Shown piece by piece: positions 52,601 through 64,000 of a DNA stretch of 64,000 nt. The notes under the pieces are model-generated. The model saw only the letters and a list, made by a program, of their open reading frames with translations. It searched no databases and had not been told where the DNA came from. Every line of letters starts with the position of its first letter. The first letter of the stretch is position 1. The stretch is from assembly GCA_951406725.2 (NCBI GenBank), contig OX597827.1, positions 39,184,001 through 39,248,000 of the forward strand. Direction: 5' to 3'. Source of the DNA: Octopus vulgaris (lineage: Eukaryota). The position numbers and the translations under genes are program-made.

Positions 52601-55600
52601 ATATCAGCATCTTCAAGAGGATCAGATGAAGTATCTTTCCAAGATTCCAAGAAAGTCTTTTCAGGTTCTTCCACTTTTGTTCTTACCTGAACTAAAGTGG
52701 GATCTTTCTCTTCCCAATCATTATCCTCTTCAAGAGCTGAATATTCCAAGTCATCATCTTCTTTACCAGGTGTCATAGGTGTATAAAACATTGACCAAAC
52801 ATCAGTTTCATCACTAGTTGTCTTAGCTTCAGTTGAATCTGTCACATCTTTATGGTGAGATGCAGATGGTAAATCCTTAGTACCTTCTATTATACCAAGT
52901 TCATTTTCAATGTCATCAACAGACACATAAATGTCATCACTAATGTCGCATTTGTCATTACATGGAACAGTTGAGGACTTTGGGATGACTTCTATATATC
53001 TAGATTGTATCACATTGTCAGAATCCTCATCCTCTTCGAGAGCTGAATATTCCAAGTTATCATCTTCTCCACCAGGTGTCATAGGTGTATAAAACATCGA
53101 CCAAACATCGGTTTCATCACCAGATGTCATTGCTGTCTTCTCTTCAGAAGAGTCTGTAATATCTCTATGCTGAGATGCAGAATGTAAGTCCTTAGTTCTT
53201 TCTGTTACTCCAAGTTCATTTTCAATGTCATCAACAGACACATAAATGCTGTCACCAGTGTCCCATTCTTCCTTACACGGAACAGCTGAAGACCTTGGCG
53301 CAACTTCTATATGCCTAGATTGTATCACATTGTCAGAATCCTCAGTACTTAGAATATCAGCATCTTCAAGAGGATCAGAGACAGTATCTTTCCATGATTC
53401 CATGAAAGTCTGCACAGGTCCTTCAATTGGATGTTTTACTTGCACTAAAGTGGGACCTTTCTCTTGCCAGTCATTATCCTCTTCAAGAGCTGAATATTCC
53501 AAGTCATAATCGGATGGTTCAATTCTGACTGATGTCACATCATCACCAACACTTTCTCGGACAATATTCTCAGATGTATTAGTATCAACATGTTGGTGTG
53601 TGGTTTTCACATCATCAGGTGTTTGTTCTTCAGTACTGAGAATATCAGCATCTTCAAGAGGATCTGACGCAGTGTCTTTCCAAGATTCTAAGAAAGTCTT
53701 TTCAGGTTCTTCCACTTTTGATCTTACCTGAACTAAAGTTGGATCCTTCTCCTTCCAGTCATTATCCTCTTCAAGAGCTGAATATTCCAAGTTGTAATCT
53801 GATGGTTCAATTCTGACTGATGTCACATCATCACCAACACTCTCTTGGACAATATTCTCAGAAGTAGGTATTGATTTCAATTTCTTCACATCAATACTTT
53901 TTGTACCAACATTTTGGTCTTTGGATTTTCCATCATCAGGTGTTTGGTCTTCAGTACTCAGAATATCAGCATCTTCAAGAGGATCTGACACAGTGTCTTT
54001 CCAAGATTCTATGAAAGTCTTTGCAGGTTCTTCCACTTTTGTTCTTACCTGAACTAAAGTTGGATCCTTCTCCTTCCAGTCATTATCCTCTTCAAGAGCT
54101 GAATATTCCAAGTCGTAATCTGATGGTTCAATTATGACTGATGTCACATCATCACCAACACTTTCTTGGACAATATTCTCAGAAGTAGATATTGATTTCA
54201 ATTTCTTCACATCAATACTTTTTGTACCAACATTTTGGTCTTTGGATTTTCCATCATCAGGTGTTTGGTCTTCAGTACTGAGAATATCAGCATCTTCAAG
54301 AGGATCTGACACAGTATCTTTCCAAGATTCTAAGAAAGTCTTTTCAGGTTCTTCCCCTTTTGTTCTTACCTGAACTAAAGTTGGATCCTTCTCCTCCCAA
54401 TCATTATCCTCTTCAAGAGCTGAATATTCCAAGTTGTCATCTGATGTTTCAAATTTTACTGATGTCACATCAACATCAATTCTATCTCTGACGACAGTCT
54501 CAGAAGTAGATTTTGTAAAGTCAGGAATTTCATATTGTTTTTTAACTATATCCTTAGATTCAACACCTTGGTCTTTGGTTTTTCCATCATCAGATATTTG
54601 GTCTTCAGTACTTAGAATATCAGCATCTTCAAGAGGATCTGATGCAGTATCTTTCCAAGATTCCAGGAATGTTTGCACAGGTTTTACGACTTCACTTCTT
54701 ACCTGAACTAAAGTTGGATCTTTCTCTTCCCAATCATTATCCTCTTCAAGAGCTGAATATTGCAAGTTGTCATCTGATGGTTCAATTCTGACTGATGTTA
54801 CATCATCACCAACACTCTTGTGGACAATATTCTCAGAAGTAGATATACATTCTAATTTCTTCATAGTAATATCTTTTGTATCAATATTTTGGTGTTTGGT
54901 TTTTACATCACCAGATATTTGGTCTTCAGTATTGAGAATATCAGCATCTTCAAGAGGATCTGATACAGTATCTTTCCAAGATTCCAAGACAGTTTCCACA
55001 GGTCCTTTCATTTCTGTTCTTACCTGAACTAAAGTGGGATCTTTCTCCTCCCAATCATTATCCTCTTCGAGAGCTGAATATTCCAAGTTATCATCTTCTT
55101 CACTAGGTGTCATAGGTGTATAAAACATCGACCAAACATCGGTTTCATCACCAGATGTCGTTGCTGTCTTCTCTTCAGAAGAGTCTGTAACATCTTTATG
55201 CTGAGATGCAGAACGTTGGTGTGTGGTTTTCACATCATCTGGTGTTTGCTCTTCAGTACTCAGAATATCAGCATCTTCAAGAGGATCTGACACAGTGTCT
55301 TTCCAAGATTCTAAGAAAGTCTTTGCAGGTTCTTCCACTTTTGTTCTTACCTGAACTAAAGTGGGATCTTTCTCCTTCCAGTCATTATCCTCTTCAAGAG
55401 CTGAATATTCCAAGTCGTAATCTGATGGTTCAATTCTGACTGATGTCACATCATCACCAACACTCTCTCGAACAATACTCTCAGAGGTAGATATACATTC
55501 CAATTTATTTGTAGCAATATTTTTTGTATCAAGACCTTGGTGTTTGGTTTTTCCATCATCAGGTGTTTGGTCTTCAGTACTGAGAATATCAGCATCTTCA

Positions 55601-58600
55601 AGAGGATCTGATGCAGTATCTTTCCAAGATTCCAGGAATGTCTGTATAGGTTCTTCTACTACACTTGTTACCTGAACTAAAGTTGGATCCTTCTCCTCCC
55701 AATCATTATCCTCTTCAAGAGCTGAATATTCCAAGTCATCATCTTCTTTACCAGGTGTCATGGGTGTATAAAACATTGACCAAACATCTGTTTCATCATG
55801 GGTTGCCTTCTCTTCAGAGGAATCTGTGACATCTTTGTGGTGAGACGGAGATGGTAAATCCTTAGTTCTGTCAGTTATACTAAGTTCTTTTTCATTAACA
55901 GACACATAAATGTTGTTATCGGAATCCCATTGTTTTGTACAAGAAACAGTTGAAGATTTAGCAACAACTTCTGTATGTCTTGAGTTTATCACATTGTTAC
56001 TAGAATCATCAGTACTCAGAATATCAGCATCTTCAAGAGGATCTGACACAGTGTCTTTCCAAGATTCTAAGAAAGTCTTTGCAGGTTCTTCCACTTTTGT
56101 TCTTACCTGAACTAAAGTGGGATCTTTCTCCTTCCAGTCATTATCCTCTTCAAGAGCTGAATATTCCAAGTCGTAATCCGATGGTTCGATTCTGACTGAT
56201 GTCACATCATCACCAACACTCTCATGGACAATATTCTCAGATGTAGATATTGATTTAAATTTCTTCACATCAATACTTTTTGTACCAACATTTTGGTCTT
56301 TGGGTTTTCCATCATCAGGTGTTTGGTCTTCAGTACTCAGAATATCAGCATCTTCAAGAGGATCTGATACAGTATCTTTCCAAGATTCCAAGAAAGTCTT
56401 TTCAGGTTCTTCCCCTTTTGTTCTTACTTGGACTAAAGTGGGATCTTTCTCTTCCCAATCATTATCCTCTTCAAGAGCTGAATATTCCAAGCTGTCATCT
56501 GATGGTTCAAGTTTCACTGATGTCACATCATGATCATCAAATCTCTCTCTGCCTACATTTTCAGAAGTCACTCTATCAAAAGCCTTTGTTTCAAAATCTT
56601 GTTCCTTGGTATTTAAATCACCAGATATTTGGTGATCTTCAGTTCTTAGAATATCAACATCTTTAAGATGATCTGACACAGTATCTTTACAAGATTGCAA
56701 GGAAGTTTCCATAGGCTCTTCACCTTCTTGTCTTTCCTGAGCTAAATTTGGGTCTTTCTCTTTCAAGCCATTATCCTCTTCAAGAGCTGAATAATCCACT
56801 TTAGTGTATGATGTATTTTCTTCTATTTTACTACCATCCTCTGCATCAACAAATTCCATTTTAAGCTCCTCTTCTGCATCAACAAATTCAGCATCTTCCT
56901 TATCTGAATATTCACTGTCTTCTGTTGTCTCTTTGTGACTTAAATCCTGATGTTCGCTTTCAACAATTTCTTTCTCTGAGAATAGGTTCCCATCTTCAGT
57001 TGTCTGATGCACAGATGTTTTCTCAAAGACACTAGTTTGTGTAACTATTGTATTTGAATCTTGATATTCATAACGACTGCTAGTTTCTTTGTCAGTAGAT
57101 GAGTCGTCATTATCAGACATCACTTCCTCCTTCTTGTCATTCTCTTCCTCCTCACCATTTTCTGGAGAAGTAGAAAGCATAGCTAACCATATATCATCAT
57201 CATCTTGATCATCATAATCATCGCCTTTCTTATCAGGTTCTTCTTCCAAAGTTTTTATTTCATCTACTTTTCCTGAAGGTTCTTCATCTGATTGGAAGGT
57301 GTCACATGTCATTTTCTTGATATCAGTGTCTTTAATCAAAGAACCTTCAGGTTTGGAAGGTGAACCATCAATATGATCAATGCTTTTGGATTCACTTGTG
57401 GTATCTGACTGAAAAAATCCATCTTTGGAAAAACTTTTGGAACTTCGTTCAATTGTGCGGAAATTGGTATCAGGTATTAGAAAAGACTCACATCTATCAA
57501 TACTGCATTCATCTGTAAAAGAGATATTCTCAGATATTAATGTTTTTTCTTGAAGCATTGAGTCCAACTGCAGAGAGAGATCAAAATGTCTACCACTGAT
57601 GTTATTTTCAGCAGGTGTTTTGTCATCAGATATCTCTTCCTTTTCAGAATTACTCTCTTTCCTATTTTCTTCACTATCAAGAGAAGGTGCTTGATGTTTC
57701 CCACCAGAATTAGAAGAACCTAATAATATGTCAGAAGATTCTGTGACAATTTTGTGGTGAGATATAGATGGTAAATTTCTAGTTACTTGTGTTATACCAA
57801 GTTCATTTTCAATGTCATCAACAGACACATAAATGTTGTCATCAGAATCCCAATTTCTCTGAGTAGGAAAAGTTGAAGATTTAGCAACAACCTCTGCATG
57901 TCTAGATTGCATCACATTGACAGAATCATCAGTACTGAGAATATCAGCATCTTCAAGAGGATCTGACACAGTGTCTTTCCAAGATTCTAAGAAAGTCTTT
58001 GCAGGTTCTTCCACTTTTGTTCTTACCTGAACTAAAGTGGGATCTTTCTCCTTCCAGTCATTATCCTCTTCAAGAGCTGAATATTCCAAGTCGTAATCTG
58101 ATGGTTCAATTCTGACTGATGTCACATCATCACCAACACTCTCTCGAACAATAATACTCTCAGAGGTAGATACACATTCCAATTTATTTGTAGCAATATT
58201 TTTTGTATCAAGACCTTGGTGCTTGGTTTTTCCATCATCAGGTGTTTGGTCTTCAGTACTGAGAATATCAGCATCTTCAAGAGGATCAGATGAAGTATCT
58301 TTCCAAGATTCCAAGAAAGTCTTTTCAGGTTCTTCCACTTTTGTTCTTACCTGAACTAAAGTTGGATCCTTCTCCTTCCAGTCATTATCCTCTTCAAGAG
58401 CTGAATATTCCAAGTCATAATCCGATGGTTCAATTCTGAGTGATGTCACATCATCACCAACACTCTCTTGGACAATATTCTCAGAAGAAGATATTGATTT
58501 CAATTTCTTCACATCAATACTTTTTGTACCAACATTTTGGTCTTTGGGTTTTCCATCATCAGGTGTTTGGTCTTCAGTACTCAGAATATCAGCATCTTCA

Positions 58601-61600
58601 AGAGGATCTGATGCAGTGTCTTTCCAAGATTCTAAGAAAGTCTTTTCAGGTTCTTCCACTTTTGTTCTTACCTGAACTAAAGTTGGATCCTTCTCCTTCC
58701 AGTCATTATCCTCTTCAAGAGCTGAATATTCCAGGTCATAATCCGATGGTTCAATTCTGAGTGATGTCACATCATCACCAACACTCTCTTGGACAATATT
58801 CTCAGAAGAAGATATTGATTTCAATTTCTTCACATCAATACATTTTGTACCAACATTTTGGTCTTTGGATTTTCCATCATCAGGTGTTTGGTCTTCAGTA
58901 CTCAGAATATCAGCATCTTCAAGAGGATCTGACGCAGTGTCTTTCCAAGATTCTAAGAAAGTCTTTTCAGGTTCTTCTACTTTTGATCTTACCTGAACTA
59001 AAGTTGAATCTTTCTCCTTCCAGTCATTATCCTCTTCAAGAGCTGAATATTCCAAGTCGTAATCTGATGGTTCAATTCTGACTGATGTCACATCATCACC
59101 AACACTCTCTTGGACAATATTCTCAGAAGTAGGTATTGATTTAAATTTCTTCACATCAATACTTTTTGTACCAACATTTTGGTCTTTGGGTTTTCCATCA
59201 TCAGGTGTTTGGTCTTCAGTACTCAGAATATCAGCATCTTCAAGAGGATCTGACACAGTGTCTTTCCAAGATTCTAAGAAAGTCTTTGCAGGTTCTTCCA
59301 CTTTTGTTCTTACCTGAACTAAAGTGGGATCTTTCTCCTTCCAGTCATTATCCTCTTCAAGAGCTGAATATTCCAAGTCGTAATCTGATGGTTCAATTCT
59401 GACTGATGTCACATCATCACCAACACTCTCTTGGACAATATTCTCAGAAGCAGGTATTGATTTAAATTTCTTCACATCAATACTTTTTGTACCAACATTT
59501 TGGTCTTTGGATTTTCCATCATCAGGTGTTTGGTCTTCAGTACTCAGAATATCAGCATCTTCAAGAGGATCTGACGCAGTGTCTTTCCAAGATTCTAAGA
59601 AAGTCTTTTCAGGTTCTTCTACTTTTGATCTTACCTGAACTAAAGTGGGATCTTTCTCCTTCCAGTCATTATCCTCTTCAAGAGCTGAATATTCCAAGTC
59701 GTAATCTGATGGTTCAATTCTGACTGATGTCACATCATCACCAACACTCTCTTGGACAATATTCTCAGAAGCAGGTATTGATTTAAATTTCTTCACATCA
59801 ATACTTTTTGTACCAACATTTTGGTCTTTGGGTTTTCCATCATCAGGTGTTTGGTCTTCAGTACTCAGAATATCAGCATCTTCAAGAGGATCTGACACAG
59901 TGTCTTTCCAAGATTCTATGAAAGTCTTTGCAGGTTCTTCCACTTTTGTTCTTACCTGAACTAAAGTGGGATCTTTCTCCTTCCAGTCATTATCCTCTTC
60001 AAGAGCTGAATATTCCAAGTCGTAATCTGATGGTTCAATTCTGAGTGATGTCACATCATCACCAACACTCTCTTGGACAATATTCTCAGAAGCAGGTATT
60101 GATTTAAATTTCTTCTTTTTTCACATCAATACTTTTTGTACCAACATTTTGGTCTTTGGATTTTCCATCATCAGGTGTTTGGTCTTCAGTACTCAGAATA
60201 TCAGCATCTTCAAGAGGATCTGACACAGTGTCTTTCCAAGATTCTATGAAAGTCTTTGCAGGTTCTTCCACTTTTGTTCTTACCTGAACTAAAGTGGGAT
60301 CTTTCTCCTTCCAGTCATTATCCTCTTCAAGAGCTGAATATTCCAAGTCGTAATCTGATGGTTCAATTCTGAGTGATGTCACATCATCACCAACACTCTC
60401 TTGGACAATATTCTCAGAAGCAGGTATTGATTTAAATTTCTTCACATCAATACTTTTTGTACCAACATTTTGGTCTTTGGGTTTTCCATCATCAGGTGTT
60501 TGGTCTTCAGTACTCAGAATATCAGCATCTTCAAGAGGATCTGACACAGTGTCTTTCCAAGATTCTAAGAAAGTCTTTGCAGGTTCTTCCACTTTTGTTC
60601 TTACCTGAACTAAAGTGGGATCTTTCTCCTTCCAGTCATTATCCTCTTCAAGAGCTGAATATTCCAAGTCGTAATCTGATGGTTCAATTCTGACTGATGT
60701 CACATCATCACCAACACTCTCTTGGACAATATTCTCAGAAGAAGGTATTGATTTAAATTTCTTCACATCAATACTTTTTGTACCAACATTTTGGTCTTTG
60801 GGTTTTCCATCATCAGGTGTTTGGTCTTCAGTACTCAGAATATCAGCATCTTCAAGAGGATCTGACGCAGTGTCTTTCCAAGATTCTAAGAAAGTCTTTT
60901 CAGGTTCTTCTACTTTTGATCTTACCTGAACTAAAGTGGGATCTTTCTCCTTCCAGTCATTATCCTCTTCAAGAGCTGAATATTCCAAGTCGTAATCTGA
61001 TGGTTCAATTCTGACTGATGTCACATCATCACCAACACTCTCTTGGACAATATTCTCAGAAGTAGGTATTGATTTAAATTTCTTCACATCAATACTTTTT
61101 GTACCAACATTTTGGTCTTTGGGTTTTCCATCATCAGGTGTTTGGTCTTCAGTACTCAGAATATCAGCATCTTCAAGAGGATCTGACACAGTGTCTTTCC
61201 AAGATTCTAAGAAAGTCTTTGCAGGTTCTTCCACTTTTGTTCTTACCTGAACTAAAGTGGGATCTTTCTCCTTCCAGTCATTATCCTCTTCAAGAGCTGA
61301 ATATTCCAAGTCGTAATCTGATGGTTCAATTCTGAGTGATGTCACATCATCACCAACACTCTCTTGGACAATATTCTCAGAAGCAGGTATTGATTTAAAT
61401 TTCTTCACATCAATACTTTTTGTACCAACATTTTGGTCTTTGGATTTTCCATCATCAGGTGTTTGGTCTTCAGTACTCAGAATATCAGCATCTTCAAGAG
61501 GATCTGACACAGTGTCTTTCCAAGATTCTATGAAAGTCTTTTCAGGTTCTTCCACTTTTGTTCTTACCTGAACTAAAGTGGGATCTTTCTCCTTCCAGTC

Positions 61601-64000
61601 ATTATCCTCTTCAAGAGCTGAATATTCCAAGTCGTAATCTGATGGTTCAATTCTGAGTGATGTCACATCATCACCAACACTCTCTTGGACAATATTCTCA
61701 GAAGAAGATATTGATTTAAATTTCTTCACATCAATACTTTTTGTACCAACATTTTGGTCTTTGGGTTTTCCATCATCAGGTGTTTGGTCTTCAGTACTCA
61801 GAATATCAGCATCTTCAAGAGGATCTGACGCAGTGTCTTTCCAAGATTCTAAGAAAGTCTTTTCAGGTTCTTCTACTTTTGATCTTACCTGAACTAAAGT
61901 TGGATCTTTCTCCTTCCAGTCATTATCCTCTTCAAGAGCTGAATATTCCAAGTCGTAATCTGATGGTTCAATTCTGACTGATGTCACATCATCACCAACA
62001 CTCTCTTGGACAATATTCTCAGAAGTAGGTATCGATTTAAATTTCTTCACATCAATACTTTTTGTACCAACATTTTGGTCTTTGGGTTTTCCATCATCAG
62101 GTGTTTGGTCTTCAGTACTCAGAATATCAGCATCTTCAAGAGGATCTGACACAGTGTCTTTCGAAGATTCTAAGAAAGTCTTTGCAGGTTCTTCCACTTT
62201 TGTTCTTACCTGAACTAAAGTGGGATCTTTCTCCTTCCAGTCATTATCCTCTTCAAGAGCTGAATATTCCAAGTCGTAATCTGATGGTTCAATTCTGACT
62301 GATGTCACATCATCACCAACACTTTCTTGGACAATATTCTCAGAAGTAGATATTGATTTAAATTTCTTCACATCAATACTTTTTGTACCAACATTTTGGT
62401 CTTTGGATTTTCCATCATCAGGAGTTTGGTCTTCAGTACTCAGAATATCAGCATCTTCAAGAGGATCTGACGCAGTGTCTTTCCAAGATTCTAAGAAAGT
62501 CTTTTCAGGTTCTTCCACTTTTGTTCTTACCTGAACTAAAGTGGGATCTTTCTCCTTCCAGTCATTATCCTCTTCAAGAGCTGAATATTCCAAGACGTAA
62601 TCTGATGGTTCAATTCTGAGTGATGTCACATCATCACCAACACTCTCTTGGACAATATTCTCAGAAGTAGGTATTGATTTCAATTTCTTCACATCAATAC
62701 TTTTTGTACCAACATTTTGGTCTTTGGATTTTCCATCATCAGGAGTTTGGTCTTCAGTACTCAGAATATCAGCATCTTCAAGAGGATCTGACGCAGTGTC
62801 TTTCCAAGATTCTATGAAAGTCTTTGCAGGTTCTTCCACTTTTGTTCTTACCTGAACTAAAGTGGGATCTTTCTCCTTCCAGTCATTATCCTCTTCAAGA
62901 GCTGAATATTCCAAGTCGTAATCTGATGGTTCAATTATGACTGATGTCACATCATCACCAACACTCTCTTGGACAATATTCTCAGAAGTAGGTATTGATT
63001 TCAATTTCTTCACATCAATACTTTTTGTATCAACATTTTGGTCTTTGGATTTTCCATCATCAGGTGTTTGGTCTTCAGTACTCAGAATATCAGCATCTTC
63101 AAGAGGATCTGACACAGTGTCTTTCCAAGATTCCAAGAATGTCTCCACAGGTTCTTCATATTTATGTTTTACCTGAAATAATGTAGGGCCTTTTTCTTCC
63201 CAGTCATTATCCTCTTCAAGAGCTGAATATTCCAAGTTGTCTATTTGCACAGACATCACCTTAGAAACACCTACTTCCCTTATAACATTTTCAGAAGTGG
63301 GAGTACTAATGTCAGGAATGTTTGAATATATCACAGTATTTATGTTTTTTCCATCATTAGTGTTGTCATAGGTTGGTATTTCCACATCTCTTGTTAGAAT
63401 ATCAGCATCTTCAAGAGGATCTGATGCAGTGTCTTTCCAAGATTCCAAGAACGTCTGCACCGGCAATTGATGATATTCAACAACTTGTAGTTTGGACGGA
63501 TCTTTCTCTTCCCAGTCATTATCCTCTTCAAGAGCTGAATATTCAAGATTCTTCTCATCTGTAGCTGCATCGTTTTTTCCATTTTCAGAAGAATCTAAAA
63601 GATTTTCATTCTTTAAAATTTCATGAGTATTTATTTCTCTATCTACAGAATGTACTGTTTCCCCAGAACTTTCAGGATCTTGGGACTCATCTCCATTCAT
63701 TAACAGCTGTGTCGTGATGTTGTTTATTTCACTGTGATGAATGCCAAGCAGTTCTTGTGTTCCTTGAGATGAGCAGTCGATAACTCCTGAAGTGATCTTA
63801 TCACTTTCAACTTTTGTAACCTGAGGATCTTGTCTTCTTTCAGATGTTTTTGTGTCTCCAACACCTTTGAAACTATCTTCTGATGAATAAAATTTTGACC
63901 ATATATAAAGATCTTTCCGATCTTCTTCAAGTGGTTCAGACACAGTGTATTTCCAATCAGTGCTATATTGATTTCTGTCGATCAATGATTTATAATCATC
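43666..64000 (-). CDS. Giant single exon (at least 20.3 kb, about 6,775 aa) encoding an acidic, repeat-rich, probably disordered protein; giant-ankyrin/MAP-like architecture, parent gene unidentified; 5' end outside the window
   Basis: ORFs 43666-60054 and 60104-63985 join in one frame once the 7-nt insertion at 60116-60122 is removed (20328 nt = 6776 codons). The listed starts are GTG/TTG codons, and the frame is open to 64000 (DDYKSLIDR). About 8.5 kb of non-repetitive stop-free sequence in AT-rich DNA with no transposon insertions is very unlikely without coding constraint. Confidence 0.88.
52260..56790 (-). repeat. Coding tandem array, block B: about 14 diverged units interleaved with a second module ([13 protein letters not shown] / [12 protein letters not shown])
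   Basis: 14 YSALEED motifs with variable spacing; [12 protein letters not shown] occurs 4 times. Confidence 0.9.
57930..63560 (-). repeat. Coding tandem array, block A: 18 units of 321 bp / 107 aa, mostly near-identical
   Basis: The aagagctgaatatt anchor recurs every 321 bp from about 58396 to 63218, with one 328-bp interval at the insertion. Edge units are 324 and 312 bp. Confidence 0.95.

Noticed and set aside
57930-63560. Regular array considered as CRISPR or non-coding satellite
   Set aside because: Eukaryotic context, no unique spacers, unit length a multiple of 3 and continuous in frame with unique coding sequence.
44381-63582. Many plus-strand and alternative-frame ORFs, including the repeated MYQHFGLW... 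78-aa ORF
   Set aside because: Antisense or off-frame shadows of the giant ORF and its 321-bp repeat.
60052-63985. ORF-track start codons at 60054 and 63985 taken as two separate genes
   Set aside because: They are GTG and TTG codons inside a continuing frame; the split is explained by one 7-nt insertion.

Overview
AT-rich, intron-rich animal genomic DNA. The SINE families and microsatellite load look like Octopus/coleoid cephalopod, which is an inference from recognising the repeats. Left part: the first coding exon of a GPAT3/4-type glycerol-3-phosphate acyltransferase (minus strand, 960-1109) lies head-to-head with a complete four-exon ATP synthase subunit e gene (ATP5ME, plus strand, 6414-20162, 81 aa). 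Middle: tRNA-SINEs, degenerate CR1- and RTE-type LINE fragments, a full-length dead mellifera-type mariner, Tc2-, pogo- and piggyBac-like MITEs, a long intronic hairpin, and a tRNA-headed SINE carrying a Penelope-type minimal hammerhead ribozyme. Right third: one giant minus-strand exon of at least 20.3 kb (about 6,775 aa, still open at the window edge), broken only by a 7-nt insertion at 60116-60122. It encodes an acidic, probably disordered protein with about 32 copies of a 107-aa (321-bp) repeat built on invariant [10 protein letters not shown] / ESWKD / EDADIL motifs, tandem FFAT-like motifs and a basic tail with SxIP motifs. This architecture resembles giant ankyrin or MAP exons, but the parent gene cannot be identified from this window.
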